From Candidatus Woesearchaeota archaeon (GTDB lineage Archaea; Nanobdellota; Nanobdellia; Woesearchaeales; GCA-2686295): DNA of 53,932 bases. The stretch covers positions 1 through 53,932 of the forward strand of contig JADHVI010000005.1 of assembly GCA_016784125.1 (NCBI GenBank), given 5' to 3'. Below, one piece after another: positions 21,656 through 30,919 of the stretch. Within the stretch, counting starts at the first letter, position 1, and each line of letters starts with the position of its first letter. The notes under the pieces were generated by a model. The model made no database searches. It was not told the DNA's origin and worked only from the letters and a program-made list of their open reading frames with translations. Position numbers and translations under genes: made by a program.

Positions 21656-21958
21656 CTATAATTGTTTAACGATGTCTTTTGCTTCTCCTTCTTGGATAAT
21701 AGCAATTGCGGCTGTTCCAACAGGTAGACCTGCTGCAGCACCTAATTGTTCTTTACTGTCTACATCCACGTATTTGATGCCTTTTTCTTTGCATAGCAAA
21801 GGTAAATGCATGATGATTTCTGGTGGTTGAACATCTTTTGCTGCTATTACTAATTTAGGAGTTCCTCTCTCGATTTCCTTTGTAACTTCGTTACATCCTT
21901 TCTTTATTTTGCCTGTTTTAGTGGCAAGTTCTACTGCTTCATATATTTTTTCCGACAT
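21656..21958 (-). CDS. rpl7ae: 50S ribosomal protein L7Ae (eL8, K-turn binding)
   Basis: [31 protein letters not shown]; ATG 21958 with SD GGAGG. Confidence 0.97.
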   Translation of the reverse strand: MSEKIYEAVELATKTGKIKKGCNEVTKEIERGTPKLVIAAKDVQPPEIIMHLPLLCKEKGIKYVDVDSKEQLGAAAGLPVGTAAIAIIQEGEAKDIVKQL

Positions 21959-21986
21959 TTTGTTTTTCCTCCAGAAAAACAAAGCT

Positions 21987-22005
21987 CAAAAATCTTCGAT
22001 TTTTG
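21987..22005. repeat. CAAAAA-Nx-TTTTTG hairpin (copy 3) in the rpl7ae leader
   Basis: Perfect inverted repeat CAAAAATC-TTC-GATTTTTG, nested in a longer stem that pairs with the L7Ae SD. Confidence 0.6.
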
Positions 22006-22054
22006 TTGTTTTGCTTTTCTCAATATGTTTTCTAGGAGATACTTAAGAATTAAG

Positions 22055-22096
22055 CACCTCATTCAGCTCATTTCTGAGCGTCATTAATCACTGGTA
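22055..22096 (-). promoter_or_regulatory. Tandem kink-turn hairpin in the rpl7ae 5' UTR (putative L7Ae autoregulatory element)
   Basis: Minus strand UACC-AGU-GAUU-AAU-GAC-GCUCA-GAAA-UGAGC-UGA-AUGA-GGUG: two 3-nt bulges each followed by tandem G.A/A.G pairs; TATA TTTATAAA at 22118-22125. Confidence 0.7.
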
Positions 22097-22171
22097 TGTT
22101 TGTGGAAATCTGAACCGTTTATAAAGATTACGCTATATGTTTTTCACCAACCAGTAACAAAAACCGAAATA

Positions 22172-22199
22172 TTTATATACTGTAACTACCGTATAGTTA
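22172..22199 (+). promoter_or_regulatory. Archaeal TATA promoter with downstream inverted repeat for the orphan-PBP gene pair
   Basis: Purine-rich BRE-like CGAAA then TTTATATA (22172-22179) 24 nt before ATG 22204; TAACTA-N5-TAGTTA at 22183-22199. Confidence 0.6.
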
Positions 22200-22203
22200 T
22201 AAA

Positions 22204-23238
22204 ATGGTGGCTTTTATTTTTAATAAGAAGAAAAAGTTTCAAAGACAAGTAGAGAATATACTCGCTGATTATGTGTTTTTGACTCAAAAAGGGCCCGACA
22301 CATTCTCAGAATTAAATCAAAGTATAACAGAAGAGACGAGATCACATTTAGAAGCAGTAAAAATAAAGAGAATAAAAAGCCTTATAGACGGCATAAATTG
22401 GGCTGACTATCATCAACCACGAGAAATGACTACTTTTTTAGAAGATGCAGTTGCAAATTTCAGAACAAATGATTCAAATTCATACAAATCTATCGTCGGA
22501 ATGTTATCAATAACTGATAATCCTGTGGAAGTTTATCTATTAACAAAGAAACTTGAAAAAGGAGCATTACCTCATGACCGAACCCTAATGCAAACAAGAA
22601 GTTCAGAAGTTTCTTTCTACAATAGGTTAAGAGAAACATTATCAAAAAGCGGTGCAATATCAGACTTAATCAAAGAAAAAAAGATTTGTGCTCCTGATGA
22701 TCTTTCCTGGATGGAACTAGCACAACTCAATTACAATCAAATGTCTAACGATCAATCGTTTAAACACCTCAAAGACTACATAGGTAGAGAAAGAGGAATC
22801 ATATCAACGCAAGGGGGAGAGACTGCAGTAGGAATGCTGTATAAGAATCTATTCTGGGACAACGACCTTGACGGAGTATTCTTCCAATATATGCCTGAAT
22901 TGAGCCACCAATTCGATCAGGCAATGAAAAATGTTGTATTGGCTTCTTCTAATATTGAAGAAGCTGATGCAAATATTTTCCAAACATACAAATCATTTTT
23001 TCAAAGTATGTTAACTGTGGCAGAACAATCAATCACATATCAAGAAAATAACGCTGATAACATAGCAGAAATACCCTTCAGGCCTGGTTTAACTGAGGTT
23101 GCAAAGGCTGTTGGATTAGAAGATGAATTGAAACGAACATACACACCCCATATTATTCAATTAAAAAAACAAGGAGATGTAGAATTAGCAGAACAATTTG
23201 AATATGCACTTGGAATAAACATATCGCTAGTAGGTTAA
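22204..23238 (+). CDS. Hypothetical soluble, probably alpha-helical protein, likely co-transcribed with the PBP gene
   Basis: 344-aa ORF, leaderless start, 1-nt gap to the next ORF. Confidence 0.75.
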   Translation: MVAFIFNKKKKFQRQVENILADYVFLTQKGPDTFSELNQSITEETRSHLEAVKIKRIKSLIDGINWADYHQPREMTTFLEDAVANFRTNDSNSYKSIVGMLSITDNPVEVYLLTKKLEKGALPHDRTLMQTRSSEVSFYNRLRETLSKSGAISDLIKEKKICAPDDLSWMELAQLNYNQMSNDQSFKHLKDYIGRERGIISTQGGETAVGMLYKNLFWDNDLDGVFFQYMPELSHQFDQAMKNVVLASSNIEEADANIFQTYKSFFQSMLTVAEQSITYQENNADNIAEIPFRPGLTEVAKAVGLEDELKRTYTPHIIQLKKQGDVELAEQFEYALGINISLVG

Positions 23239-23239
23239 A

Positions 23240-25804
23240 ATGGAATTCATAAAAAAATCACTAATAACAATTGAGATTATCGCTGCTTTAGGTATGGGTG
23301 GTGCTGTAGCAACTTATAATTGGGGTGGTGATTTAATGCTTGCAGCAGATAAAGCAGGCAAATTCAAGAAAGAGGGATTTTTATGGAACCAAGTTGAAGC
23401 GAAAAATCAATTAGAATCAATTGTTACTAATGGAGGATCTGCAGGTAATGATAATCCTGAAAACGAAGGAAGATGGTTTCCAAGTATATTTGCACTAGAC
23501 AAACTTGCAGAACAAAATTCTGAAAGAAATATTGTTGCATATGATACTAAAGGAAGAGAAATTGGAACTGTAAGATCCAACCATAAATATCATTCATTAC
23601 AAGATTTTTCACCAATGCTCAGAAATGCAGTAATAACTTTTGAAGATCATAAATTCTTAGATCATAGTGGTGTCAGCCCAAAGTCCAAGCTCAGAGCTTT
23701 AATTAAAGACATTAAAGAACGTTCATGGGTAGAGGGTGGAAGCACAATGACAGAACAATTAGCAAAACAATTCTATACAGAAAATGGTGGTGGGGCTGTA
23801 AAGAAAGTATCTAGAAAAATAAAAGAATCACTGACTGCATTAGAACTTGAAGAACATTATTCCAAATCAGAGATATTTGAGATGTACATGAATATTTGTC
23901 CTTTTCCTAACGGAACTAGAGGATATGGAGATGCTGCACAAGATCTTTTTGGAAAGAACGCAAGCGATTTAACCTTGGCCGAAGCAACATACTTGTCAGT
24001 CATACCTAACCAACCTGGAGCCACACCTTATACAGAAAATGGAAGACAAGTTATACAAAGAAAACAGGAAATAGTGCTTAAAAAAATAAGAGATAAAGGT
24101 CAAATATCTCAAAGACAAGTAGATGATGCTATTAGAGAAACACAAGGTTTCAACATTACTAAGAAAACATATGTTGATACAGACTACGAAGATGTTCTTA
24201 ATTTTATTAACAGACAATTCATGGAAGTAACAGGCGAACATGGGTCACTTAATACAAACATGGATTTCTTGAATAATCAATCAGCAATTAGACAAATTGG
24301 AGGTTTTATTAGATTATACACAACTATAGATTTGGATATAGTTAATGATCTGAGAAGAAATGTTAATACTCAAAAAGGTTTTCGTGAAGGGGAACAATTT
24401 GGGTATATTGTTTTAGATGCAAAAGGAAAAATTAGAGGTGTCTACGAACAAGCAGGTATAGGAGATAAAAGCCCAATCGTTGTAGAACGGTATCAAACAG
24501 GTTCATCATTATTCAAACCATTCATATTTGCAACATCATTGGATGAAGAATTAATAACACCTTATACAAAAATAAACGACATGGGAGTGGCACCGGTTGT
24601 GTTTAGGAAAGGTAAGCCCGTAGGTGTTACATTCACAGATCCAGTAGGTGAACCATGGAGTGTTAGTAATGCTATACAAGGTAGCGATTTTCTTAAAACA
24701 CAGAATGCTATTATGTATCATCTTCCCAAATCAAATAATATTATTGCAGCTCACTTAATGATGTCTTTAAACAGCCCTGGTCGTCCATCACCAAGAATAA
24801 TTAAACAATTTTTAGATCATCAAGGCGTAGAAATCCTTGATTATAAAGATAAAGCAGTATCTTCAGTACTAGGAACATTTGTAGAATCTCCAGAAGAAGT
24901 AGCATATGGCTTCATGGTATTTAATGATGGAAATCTGATTAAAGATCCTACAGAACAAGCTTCATTAATTTTTAATAGAATTAACATTAATGGAACAGTC
25001 ACAGATTATGAAAATGATCAAATTGAAGTTGTTCAAATGCTCAAACCTGAAAACTTAAAATATTTGCAGGCTGCATTATGGTTACAACAAAGTAAATTCC
25101 AAACAAATGGACAACAAATATTTGATATGTGGGGAAAATCAGGAACAACACAAACAATCTATGATGGATCAAAGAAAAATATTGGTTGGAAGAATCTATC
25201 AGTTGCAAATGATGAATATGGAAGATTGGTTGTAACGGGATTTGCAAAGGGACATGGTAAGGGATCAAGAGATTCTGGTGGAGGAATGCATGATGGAATC
25301 ATGGGTGCTTGTGTAATATCCTGGGGAGAAACAGGAGATAGAGATTTATATGCTCGTACAGTTGCCGAAGTTAATCCTCAAAGTACAAAGGTTAGACAGT
25401 CTCAACTTGCAGCTCAAACTAAAGATGCCAAGCCTATAATTAAACAAGATTTAGATACAGTCATTAAGAATTATGAAAAATTAAATATGGCACTTGCATC
25501 TGAGACAAAGAAAGATTATGTTTTGTTTGGTGGAACCAAAGTTTCAATCAATAATGAATTCTATGGTATCCTCAGTCAAATATCCTTGAATTTAGCACCT
25601 GAAAGTAGAGATGATTATATTAATGCATTGAACCACTTGCATTCGGGAGTTTCAACAAAGAAGAGAATTTGGACTTATGATATTGGAGATGTACTAAAAG
25701 ATCTTTCTAAAGCAGAAACGACTCAAAGAGCAAATGGTTCGGATACAGCTGCAGACAGTATACAGATAGTTAGAAAATATTTTGCCGAGAATTTTGCTAA
25801 TTAA
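23240..25804 (+). CDS. Class A penicillin-binding-protein-like bifunctional transglycosylase (GT51)/transpeptidase
   Basis: N-terminal membrane anchor; GT51 motifs EDHKFLDHSG, GGSTMTEQLAK, RKIKE, KSEIFEMYMN, LAEATYLSVIPNQP; transpeptidase motifs SLFK (24506), SNN (24731), KSGT (25136); extra C-terminal helical region. Confidence 0.88.
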   Translation: MEFIKKSLITIEIIAALGMGGAVATYNWGGDLMLAADKAGKFKKEGFLWNQVEAKNQLESIVTNGGSAGNDNPENEGRWFPSIFALDKLAEQNSERNIVAYDTKGREIGTVRSNHKYHSLQDFSPMLRNAVITFEDHKFLDHSGVSPKSKLRALIKDIKERSWVEGGSTMTEQLAKQFYTENGGGAVKKVSRKIKESLTALELEEHYSKSEIFEMYMNICPFPNGTRGYGDAAQDLFGKNASDLTLAEATYLSVIPNQPGATPYTENGRQVIQRKQEIVLKKIRDKGQISQRQVDDAIRETQGFNITKKTYVDTDYEDVLNFINRQFMEVTGEHGSLNTNMDFLNNQSAIRQIGGFIRLYTTIDLDIVNDLRRNVNTQKGFREGEQFGYIVLDAKGKIRGVYEQAGIGDKSPIVVERYQTGSSLFKPFIFATSLDEELITPYTKINDMGVAPVVFRKGKPVGVTFTDPVGEPWSVSNAIQGSDFLKTQNAIMYHLPKSNNIIAAHLMMSLNSPGRPSPRIIKQFLDHQGVEILDYKDKAVSSVLGTFVESPEEVAYGFMVFNDGNLIKDPTEQASLIFNRININGTVTDYENDQIEVVQMLKPENLKYLQAALWLQQSKFQTNGQQIFDMWGKSGTTQTIYDGSKKNIGWKNLSVANDEYGRLVVTGFAKGHGKGSRDSGGGMHDGIMGACVISWGETGDRDLYARTVAEVNPQSTKVRQSQLAAQTKDAKPIIKQDLDTVIKNYEKLNMALASETKKDYVLFGGTKVSINNEFYGILSQISLNLAPESRDDYINALNHLHSGVSTKKRIWTYDIGDVLKDLSKAETTQRANGSDTAADSIQIVRKYFAENFAN

Positions 25805-26500
25805 TTATTCTCTATTAGCCCAGGTTATAGCATCATCTATATCTGCAGTAGTTAAATCTAGCCAATGCTTTCTTGTCTGAAAAATCTTAGCACCCTTAGC
25901 ATCCCATAGTAATAAACCAGAGTAAATTTTACTGGGTTCAATGATTATTTCTGGTGGTGTAAAATAAGATGAATAAAGATTTTCTTTAATCATATCTTTG
26001 TTTAATTCATCTAAGTTTATCTTGCCAAGCATTGCTTTTCTCGCGAGAAGGTTAATAACTCCTAAAACTTCTTCCTGACCATCATATTTAACGCAGAAAT
26101 TTAAGAACAGATTATCATATTCAGCAGTATCTTCCATGAGCTTTTTGAAACTTGAAGTTAAACGTTGCTCCATGTCAAACCATCTGCCAATAACAAAAAT
26201 TCTTACTTTATGTTTTTGAATGCTTTCGTTGGTTTCTAATTCTTTAAAGAACTTAACCAACTCTACTATTTCATCTTCTGTTTCAGCAGAAATATTTAAC
26301 GTTATTATTGGAATGTCACTTTTTATTTGATAATTGACAAACCTTGTAAGTTGCTCAACATTCCTAATGGCTGCATCTTTTTCTTCCTTGCCATTTTTCT
26401 TAGTCCATCCTATTAGATTGCTTCCATCAATAGCTACGTGCAAAGGTCTTTTCTTTTGTTTCAAGAAATCCAAATCAATCTTTGGGAGCTTTAATGCCAT
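25805..26500 (-). CDS. Degenerate cis-prenyltransferase (UppS-like) homologue
   Basis: PLHVAI, KVRIFVIG, LNFCVKYDGQEE, NLYS...PPEIII, SGLLLWD match the UppS scaffold, but DGNRR and the RTSGExR arginines are absent. Confidence 0.75.
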   Translation of the reverse strand: MALKLPKIDLDFLKQKKRPLHVAIDGSNLIGWTKKNGKEEKDAAIRNVEQLTRFVNYQIKSDIPIITLNISAETEDEIVELVKFFKELETNESIQKHKVRIFVIGRWFDMEQRLTSSFKKLMEDTAEYDNLFLNFCVKYDGQEEVLGVINLLARKAMLGKINLDELNKDMIKENLYSSYFTPPEIIIEPSKIYSGLLLWDAKGAKIFQTRKHWLDLTTADIDDAITWANRE

Positions 26501-26547
26501 ACAATAGTAGGATTGGGAATGCTATTTAAAGATTGCGCTAGAAATGA

Positions 26548-27294
26548 TTAGAAGTGATAAGTAACATTTATGCCTTTTCGAAAGAGATGATCAATCATTA
26601 TTTCAAGATCTTGCATTCTAATGGCTGCCTTTTTTGAAGCCATCATTGTACTGTGAAGCCTAGCCCTATTTTCTCCATGATGATACTCAGACAGATCCAA
26701 TGGATTAAATTGGACAAAACCCCTTGATGTGGCAATATAACTACAATCATAATCCAGTCCGTGCTTTAGTATAACTGATTCATTATAGTCATGTAATAAT
26801 AAATGTTTTGTGCTGGGTGCTGCAAGAACCCTAAAGAAAATATCTCGTTCGTGAGGATTGGCAGGAATAGAATTAAGTATTGGATAAATTTCTGTATCAG
26901 GTATGAGAAAGTAGCTTGAGACATTAATGTTCATAGGTGCGCCTAGCATTTCATGTTCAAATTTGTAATATTTAATTGTTTCCAAAACATCTGCTGGGAT
27001 TGCAACACCAAATGATTCACCATTATCATGATAATCAAGTTTTATCCACACATCCAATTCATCAAGTGGATAATTAAATAGCATCCATGCCATTCTATGA
27101 TCTGCATGCTTTGCAAGCTCTAATAATGCTAATTCCCCCTTATCTCTTGTAATATAGGGCGAATTATTAGGGGCTAACATCGGACTTTCAAATGGAGGAA
27201 TACTCTCTTTTCCAGAAGCACAACTAACCAACCATGGAAAGGTGGCTAAAGCACCCAAGCCAATTATTCCCTTGACAATATCCCTTCTTTTCAT
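26548..27294 (-). CDS. Hypothetical Tat-type lipoprotein
   Basis: MKRRDIVKG twin-arginine-like start, hydrophobic core, lipobox-like LVS-C. Confidence 0.6.
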   Translation of the reverse strand: MKRRDIVKGIIGLGALATFPWLVSCASGKESIPPFESPMLAPNNSPYITRDKGELALLELAKHADHRMAWMLFNYPLDELDVWIKLDYHDNGESFGVAIPADVLETIKYYKFEHEMLGAPMNINVSSYFLIPDTEIYPILNSIPANPHERDIFFRVLAAPSTKHLLLHDYNESVILKHGLDYDCSYIATSRGFVQFNPLDLSEYHHGENRARLHSTMMASKKAAIRMQDLEIMIDHLFRKGINVTYHF

Positions 27295-27364
27295 TCTGCT
27301 CGGAATAAAGAATTATATATAAATCTGACTAAGATTTATAAAAACAACAGCACTCCTGGCCTGG

Positions 27365-27949
27365 ATGGGCGAATATTTAACATCATTAGAACAACAAGTT
27401 AGAAATGGCATGATGAGAAATCAAGTACTGCCAAATAATCAAGATGGGAATGTTTATTTGAGGCAACTTCTTGGAGACATGCATCACATTAATCTTAATT
27501 TTTCTTCAACAGAGATTGCTAAACGCATAGGAATGTCTAATGAAGGATATGCATATTTCAAAAAGGAATTCTTGACGAGCAATGTAAAAAAGGGAAATAA
27601 TTTTGGTCTTCCTAGCAAAACAGTGGGAATTGAAGACCCTGATTCAATAGTGATTGGAAAACAAGTTACATCTATAGAATATGAATTTGTTGGATATGAG
27701 GTTGTATCCTTGGGCGAGATTCAAACTCGTGTATTAGTCATGAGCCAAGTAGAGTTTGCTGATCAAGGTAATGGACTGTATGGTTTCATACAGAAAAATA
27801 TCATATTTAGGATGGAAAATATGCTTCCTCAGATTTTAACTCCTATTGGTTTAAATCAATTCAAACATTTTGCAATTGATGGTGTTAGAGCTTTTTTAGA
27901 CCAGGCAATTTATCTTTGTATGCGTCAAGCAAATCCAGAAATGGAATAA
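27365..27949 (+). CDS. Hypothetical protein
   Basis: 194-aa ORF, TTTATAAA about 22 nt upstream. Confidence 0.65.
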   Translation: MGEYLTSLEQQVRNGMMRNQVLPNNQDGNVYLRQLLGDMHHINLNFSSTEIAKRIGMSNEGYAYFKKEFLTSNVKKGNNFGLPSKTVGIEDPDSIVIGKQVTSIEYEFVGYEVVSLGEIQTRVLVMSQVEFADQGNGLYGFIQKNIIFRMENMLPQILTPIGLNQFKHFAIDGVRAFLDQAIYLCMRQANPEME

Positions 27950-27984
27950 TAAATTATTTAAAACATCTATTTAATAATCCTTCT

Positions 27985-28842
27985 ATGATTACAATTGCTT
28001 ATATCATTGCTTTGATAGGTTTATCTATTGCATCTTTTTGCGACATAAGGACTCGTGAGATACCTGATTGGATCAATTATACTTTAATCGCGATTGGTTT
28101 TGCAATTGCAGGAATGTTATCCATTATGTTTAAGGATTATTGGTTTATTTTAGGTTCAGTGATTGGCTTTGCAATTGGCTTTGCTTTGTCATACATATTC
28201 TATAAAGCAGGACAATGGGGTGGTGGAGATGCAAAGATGCTGATGGCATTGGGTGCATTAGTGGGTGTAACTTTCACCGGAGAAATACCAATTTTCTTCA
28301 TTTTAATATTTAATATCTTCATTGTTGGTGCTATTTACGGAATGTTGTGGAGTATTTTCTTAGCAGTAAAGCACAGGAAAGAATTTAAGAAATCATTCAA
28401 AGAACTCATTTACAGCAAAGAAATTTTGACAACGAGAAAATTAATGCTAGCAGTAATTGCGTTATTAATTGTATTTGCATTCATAGCACCCTCACATCTG
28501 AGAAATTATATTATAGGTGTTGCTGCATTCATATTCTTCATATTCTATTTCTATGTATACAGCAAATCAGTGGAGAAATCCTGCATGGAAAAAATGATTC
28601 CTATAAACAAACTGACAGAGGGTGACTGGGTATTACAAGACATTTTTGCTGGTACTAAAAAAATAGTTTCAATTAAAAATTATGGTATCACAAGGGAACA
28701 AATTGAAAAAATTCTTAAGACAAAGAATCTACATAAACTCACAAAAGTTAAGGTCAAAGAAGGAATTCCTTTCTTGCCAAGCTTCTTAATCGCATTTATT
28801 ATTACTTGGATAATCGGAAATTGGTTAATATTTTTTGCTTAA
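27985..28842 (+). CDS. A24 family prepilin/prearchaellin peptidase (FlaK/PibD-like)
   Basis: Catalytic Asp motifs DIRTREIPD and GGGDAK, multiple TM helices, LTEGD and GIPFLPSF C-terminal motifs; start placed at ATG 27985. Confidence 0.9.
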   Translation: MITIAYIIALIGLSIASFCDIRTREIPDWINYTLIAIGFAIAGMLSIMFKDYWFILGSVIGFAIGFALSYIFYKAGQWGGGDAKMLMALGALVGVTFTGEIPIFFILIFNIFIVGAIYGMLWSIFLAVKHRKEFKKSFKELIYSKEILTTRKLMLAVIALLIVFAFIAPSHLRNYIIGVAAFIFFIFYFYVYSKSVEKSCMEKMIPINKLTEGDWVLQDIFAGTKKIVSIKNYGITREQIEKILKTKNLHKLTKVKVKEGIPFLPSFLIAFIITWIIGNWLIFFA

Positions 28843-28843
28843 A

Positions 28844-29440
28844 ATGAAAATCGCTATAGATATCGCATTGCTATTGCCAGATGAAATAAACAGTTTGTGT
28901 ATTGGTCTTAATCAACAAGATAAAAACGCTTTTTTTGATCTTACAAAAAAAGATAATCATCCCCATATCACTTTAACAATGGCTGTCATTGATGAGGCAG
29001 ATATTCACAAAATAGAAGTTATATTAAGAAACGTTGCAGAAAAATTTTCAGGATTACAATTAGAACTCACAGAACTCAACTACACTATTACACCAGAAGA
29101 CAAAAAATCATATCAGTTTGTAATTGGGAGTTCAAAGGAAATAAAAGAATTACGACAAAAAATAGTGAAAGAATTATCACCTTATTTTTCTTATGAAGTT
29201 GAAGATAGCATGTTTTTTGTTGATAATGATGAAGAGTTTCGCCCTGTTAGTAAATATTGGGTTGCAAATCATGAAAAACGAAATCTCTCCTTAGATAAAT
29301 TCAAGCCTCATATTAGTTTAAAAAACACTGCTGCAACCTTTGATGAATTTCCAATTAAATTTACAACAAATAAACTTGTAATGGCTCAGTTAGGCAATTA
29401 TTGTACTTGTAGAAAAATTCTTATTGACATAGATCTTTAA
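28844..29440 (+). CDS. 2H phosphoesterase (2'-5' RNA ligase/LigT-like)
   Basis: Two HxT/S motifs: PHITL and PHISL; 1 nt after the peptidase stop. Confidence 0.82.
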   Translation: MKIAIDIALLLPDEINSLCIGLNQQDKNAFFDLTKKDNHPHITLTMAVIDEADIHKIEVILRNVAEKFSGLQLELTELNYTITPEDKKSYQFVIGSSKEIKELRQKIVKELSPYFSYEVEDSMFFVDNDEEFRPVSKYWVANHEKRNLSLDKFKPHISLKNTAATFDEFPIKFTTNKLVMAQLGNYCTCRKILIDIDL

Positions 29441-29949
29441 GGGATTCTGTCTAATTGTTTCAATAAATAATTCTCTTCTTCATCACTCATAACATCGCTG
29501 GGTTGCTCTTTAATCTTGGGCGGATGTTGAGGTTCAGACATAGAAGGTTCTTTAGAAGGTTTTGAGTCCTGATCTATGACTATCTTGTTAGAAATTGAGC
29601 TCATAACAGAATCCATCTCAGGAGTGTGTAGTTGTTTTGGTTGCCATTGAAAGTTTAATCCATCATCTTGCTTTCTTGCGACAACATCAATGTAGAATTC
29701 TTCACCTTCATTAGTGATTATGTTTGTTCCTTGTGCGCCTAATGATTCAAAGAGAACAGTGGCTGCATAGCTTGATACATAGAAAATGTGTTCTGATTCT
29801 TCTTCGGATAATTCTTCGATGTATTTTACCTTTCTTTTTGGAAGTATGATTATATGTCCTTTTGCAGCGGCATTTGCAGGTAATACTGCTGCAGCTATAT
29901 CATCTTCATACAATACAACATTTTTATCTTCTATTAATTTTCGCTTCAT
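29437..29949 (-). CDS. HIT-like protein lacking the histidine triad
   Basis: VLYEDD, KGHIIILPK, GTNII scaffold; triad region reads FYIDVVAR. Confidence 0.75.
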   Translation of the reverse strand: MKRKLIEDKNVVLYEDDIAAAVLPANAAAKGHIIILPKRKVKYIEELSEEESEHIFYVSSYAATVLFESLGAQGTNIITNEGEEFYIDVVARKQDDGLNFQWQPKQLHTPEMDSVMSSISNKIVIDQDSKPSKEPSMSEPQHPPKIKEQPSDVMSDEEENYLLKQLDRIP

Positions 29950-30824
29950 TTTGAAAACATGTGTGTGACTTTATCTAATAGTGAGTGATGGTCTTCTTTT
30001 TTGTCTTGTTTTGGTTTTTCTTCTTTCTTACTTTCTTCTTTAGTTTCTTCTTCTTTATTATCTACAGGTGATGCTTCGCCACCCTCTGTGGGTGCCGGCT
30101 CAGCAGACACTTGTTCTAGCTCACTCGAATGTCCTGTCTTAAGTTTTACTGACAACTTATCTATGTCAATGCCATTGAACAATACTTTCAATTGTGGATT
30201 GGTTTCCATAGCTGCTTTTACTTGGTCAGGATTATTAATGATCATATCTCTGAGTTGCTGATTTTGATCTAATACTTCCGCAAGTTGATCTTTTGATGGT
30301 GTCTGAATCGCAATCTTGCCTTCTCTTTGTAAGTGCGATTGCATCATCTTTGTCAGATTCATTTTTAGAGTGGGAAAAATATCTTCTTGAGAAATACCTT
30401 TTTTTGGAACATCAAAATTTGTTAAACCATCATCAGAATTTCGAGGTACAACATGAACTAAGAAATGTGGGCTTTGTTGACCGGCCACTCCTCCATTGGC
30501 GATAAATATGGTGCTTCTTTCAGACGGCAATGCATCTTTAACACCTTTAGCCAAATATTTAATTTTACTAAACAAGTGTTTAAACACATCTGGCGGTATT
30601 AGTGGCATTATTGGTGCGTGTTCTTTTGGTAATAGAATTACATGTCCTTTAGTTGATGGATAGATGTCTAAAATCCCAATCATTGTGCTGTCTTCATACA
30701 CTTTATGAGTTGGAACTTCTCCTTTTATGATTCTGCAGAACACACAGTTTTTTTTCTGTAGTTCTGCTAGTTCTTCAGGACTCATGTTCTTGAGTTCTTC
30801 TTCTGTAGGTTGTGTTTCACTCAT
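29946..30824 (-). CDS. HIT family protein with degenerate triad and C-terminal extension
   Basis: CVFCRIIKGE, VYED, LDIYP, GHVILLPKEH, AGQQSPHFLVHVVPR (HxLxH instead of HxHxH). Confidence 0.85.
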   Translation of the reverse strand: MSETQPTEEELKNMSPEELAELQKKNCVFCRIIKGEVPTHKVYEDSTMIGILDIYPSTKGHVILLPKEHAPIMPLIPPDVFKHLFSKIKYLAKGVKDALPSERSTIFIANGGVAGQQSPHFLVHVVPRNSDDGLTNFDVPKKGISQEDIFPTLKMNLTKMMQSHLQREGKIAIQTPSKDQLAEVLDQNQQLRDMIINNPDQVKAAMETNPQLKVLFNGIDIDKLSVKLKTGHSSELEQVSAEPAPTEGGEASPVDNKEEETKEESKKEEKPKQDKKEDHHSLLDKVTHMFSK

Positions 30825-30919
30825 AATCTTCCTCTAACTTCAGTTTATATAAATTTTTTCAAAAGGTGTATAGAATGAGATAGATATATGTATACAATAA
30901 GGATGTAAGAGGATTTAAC

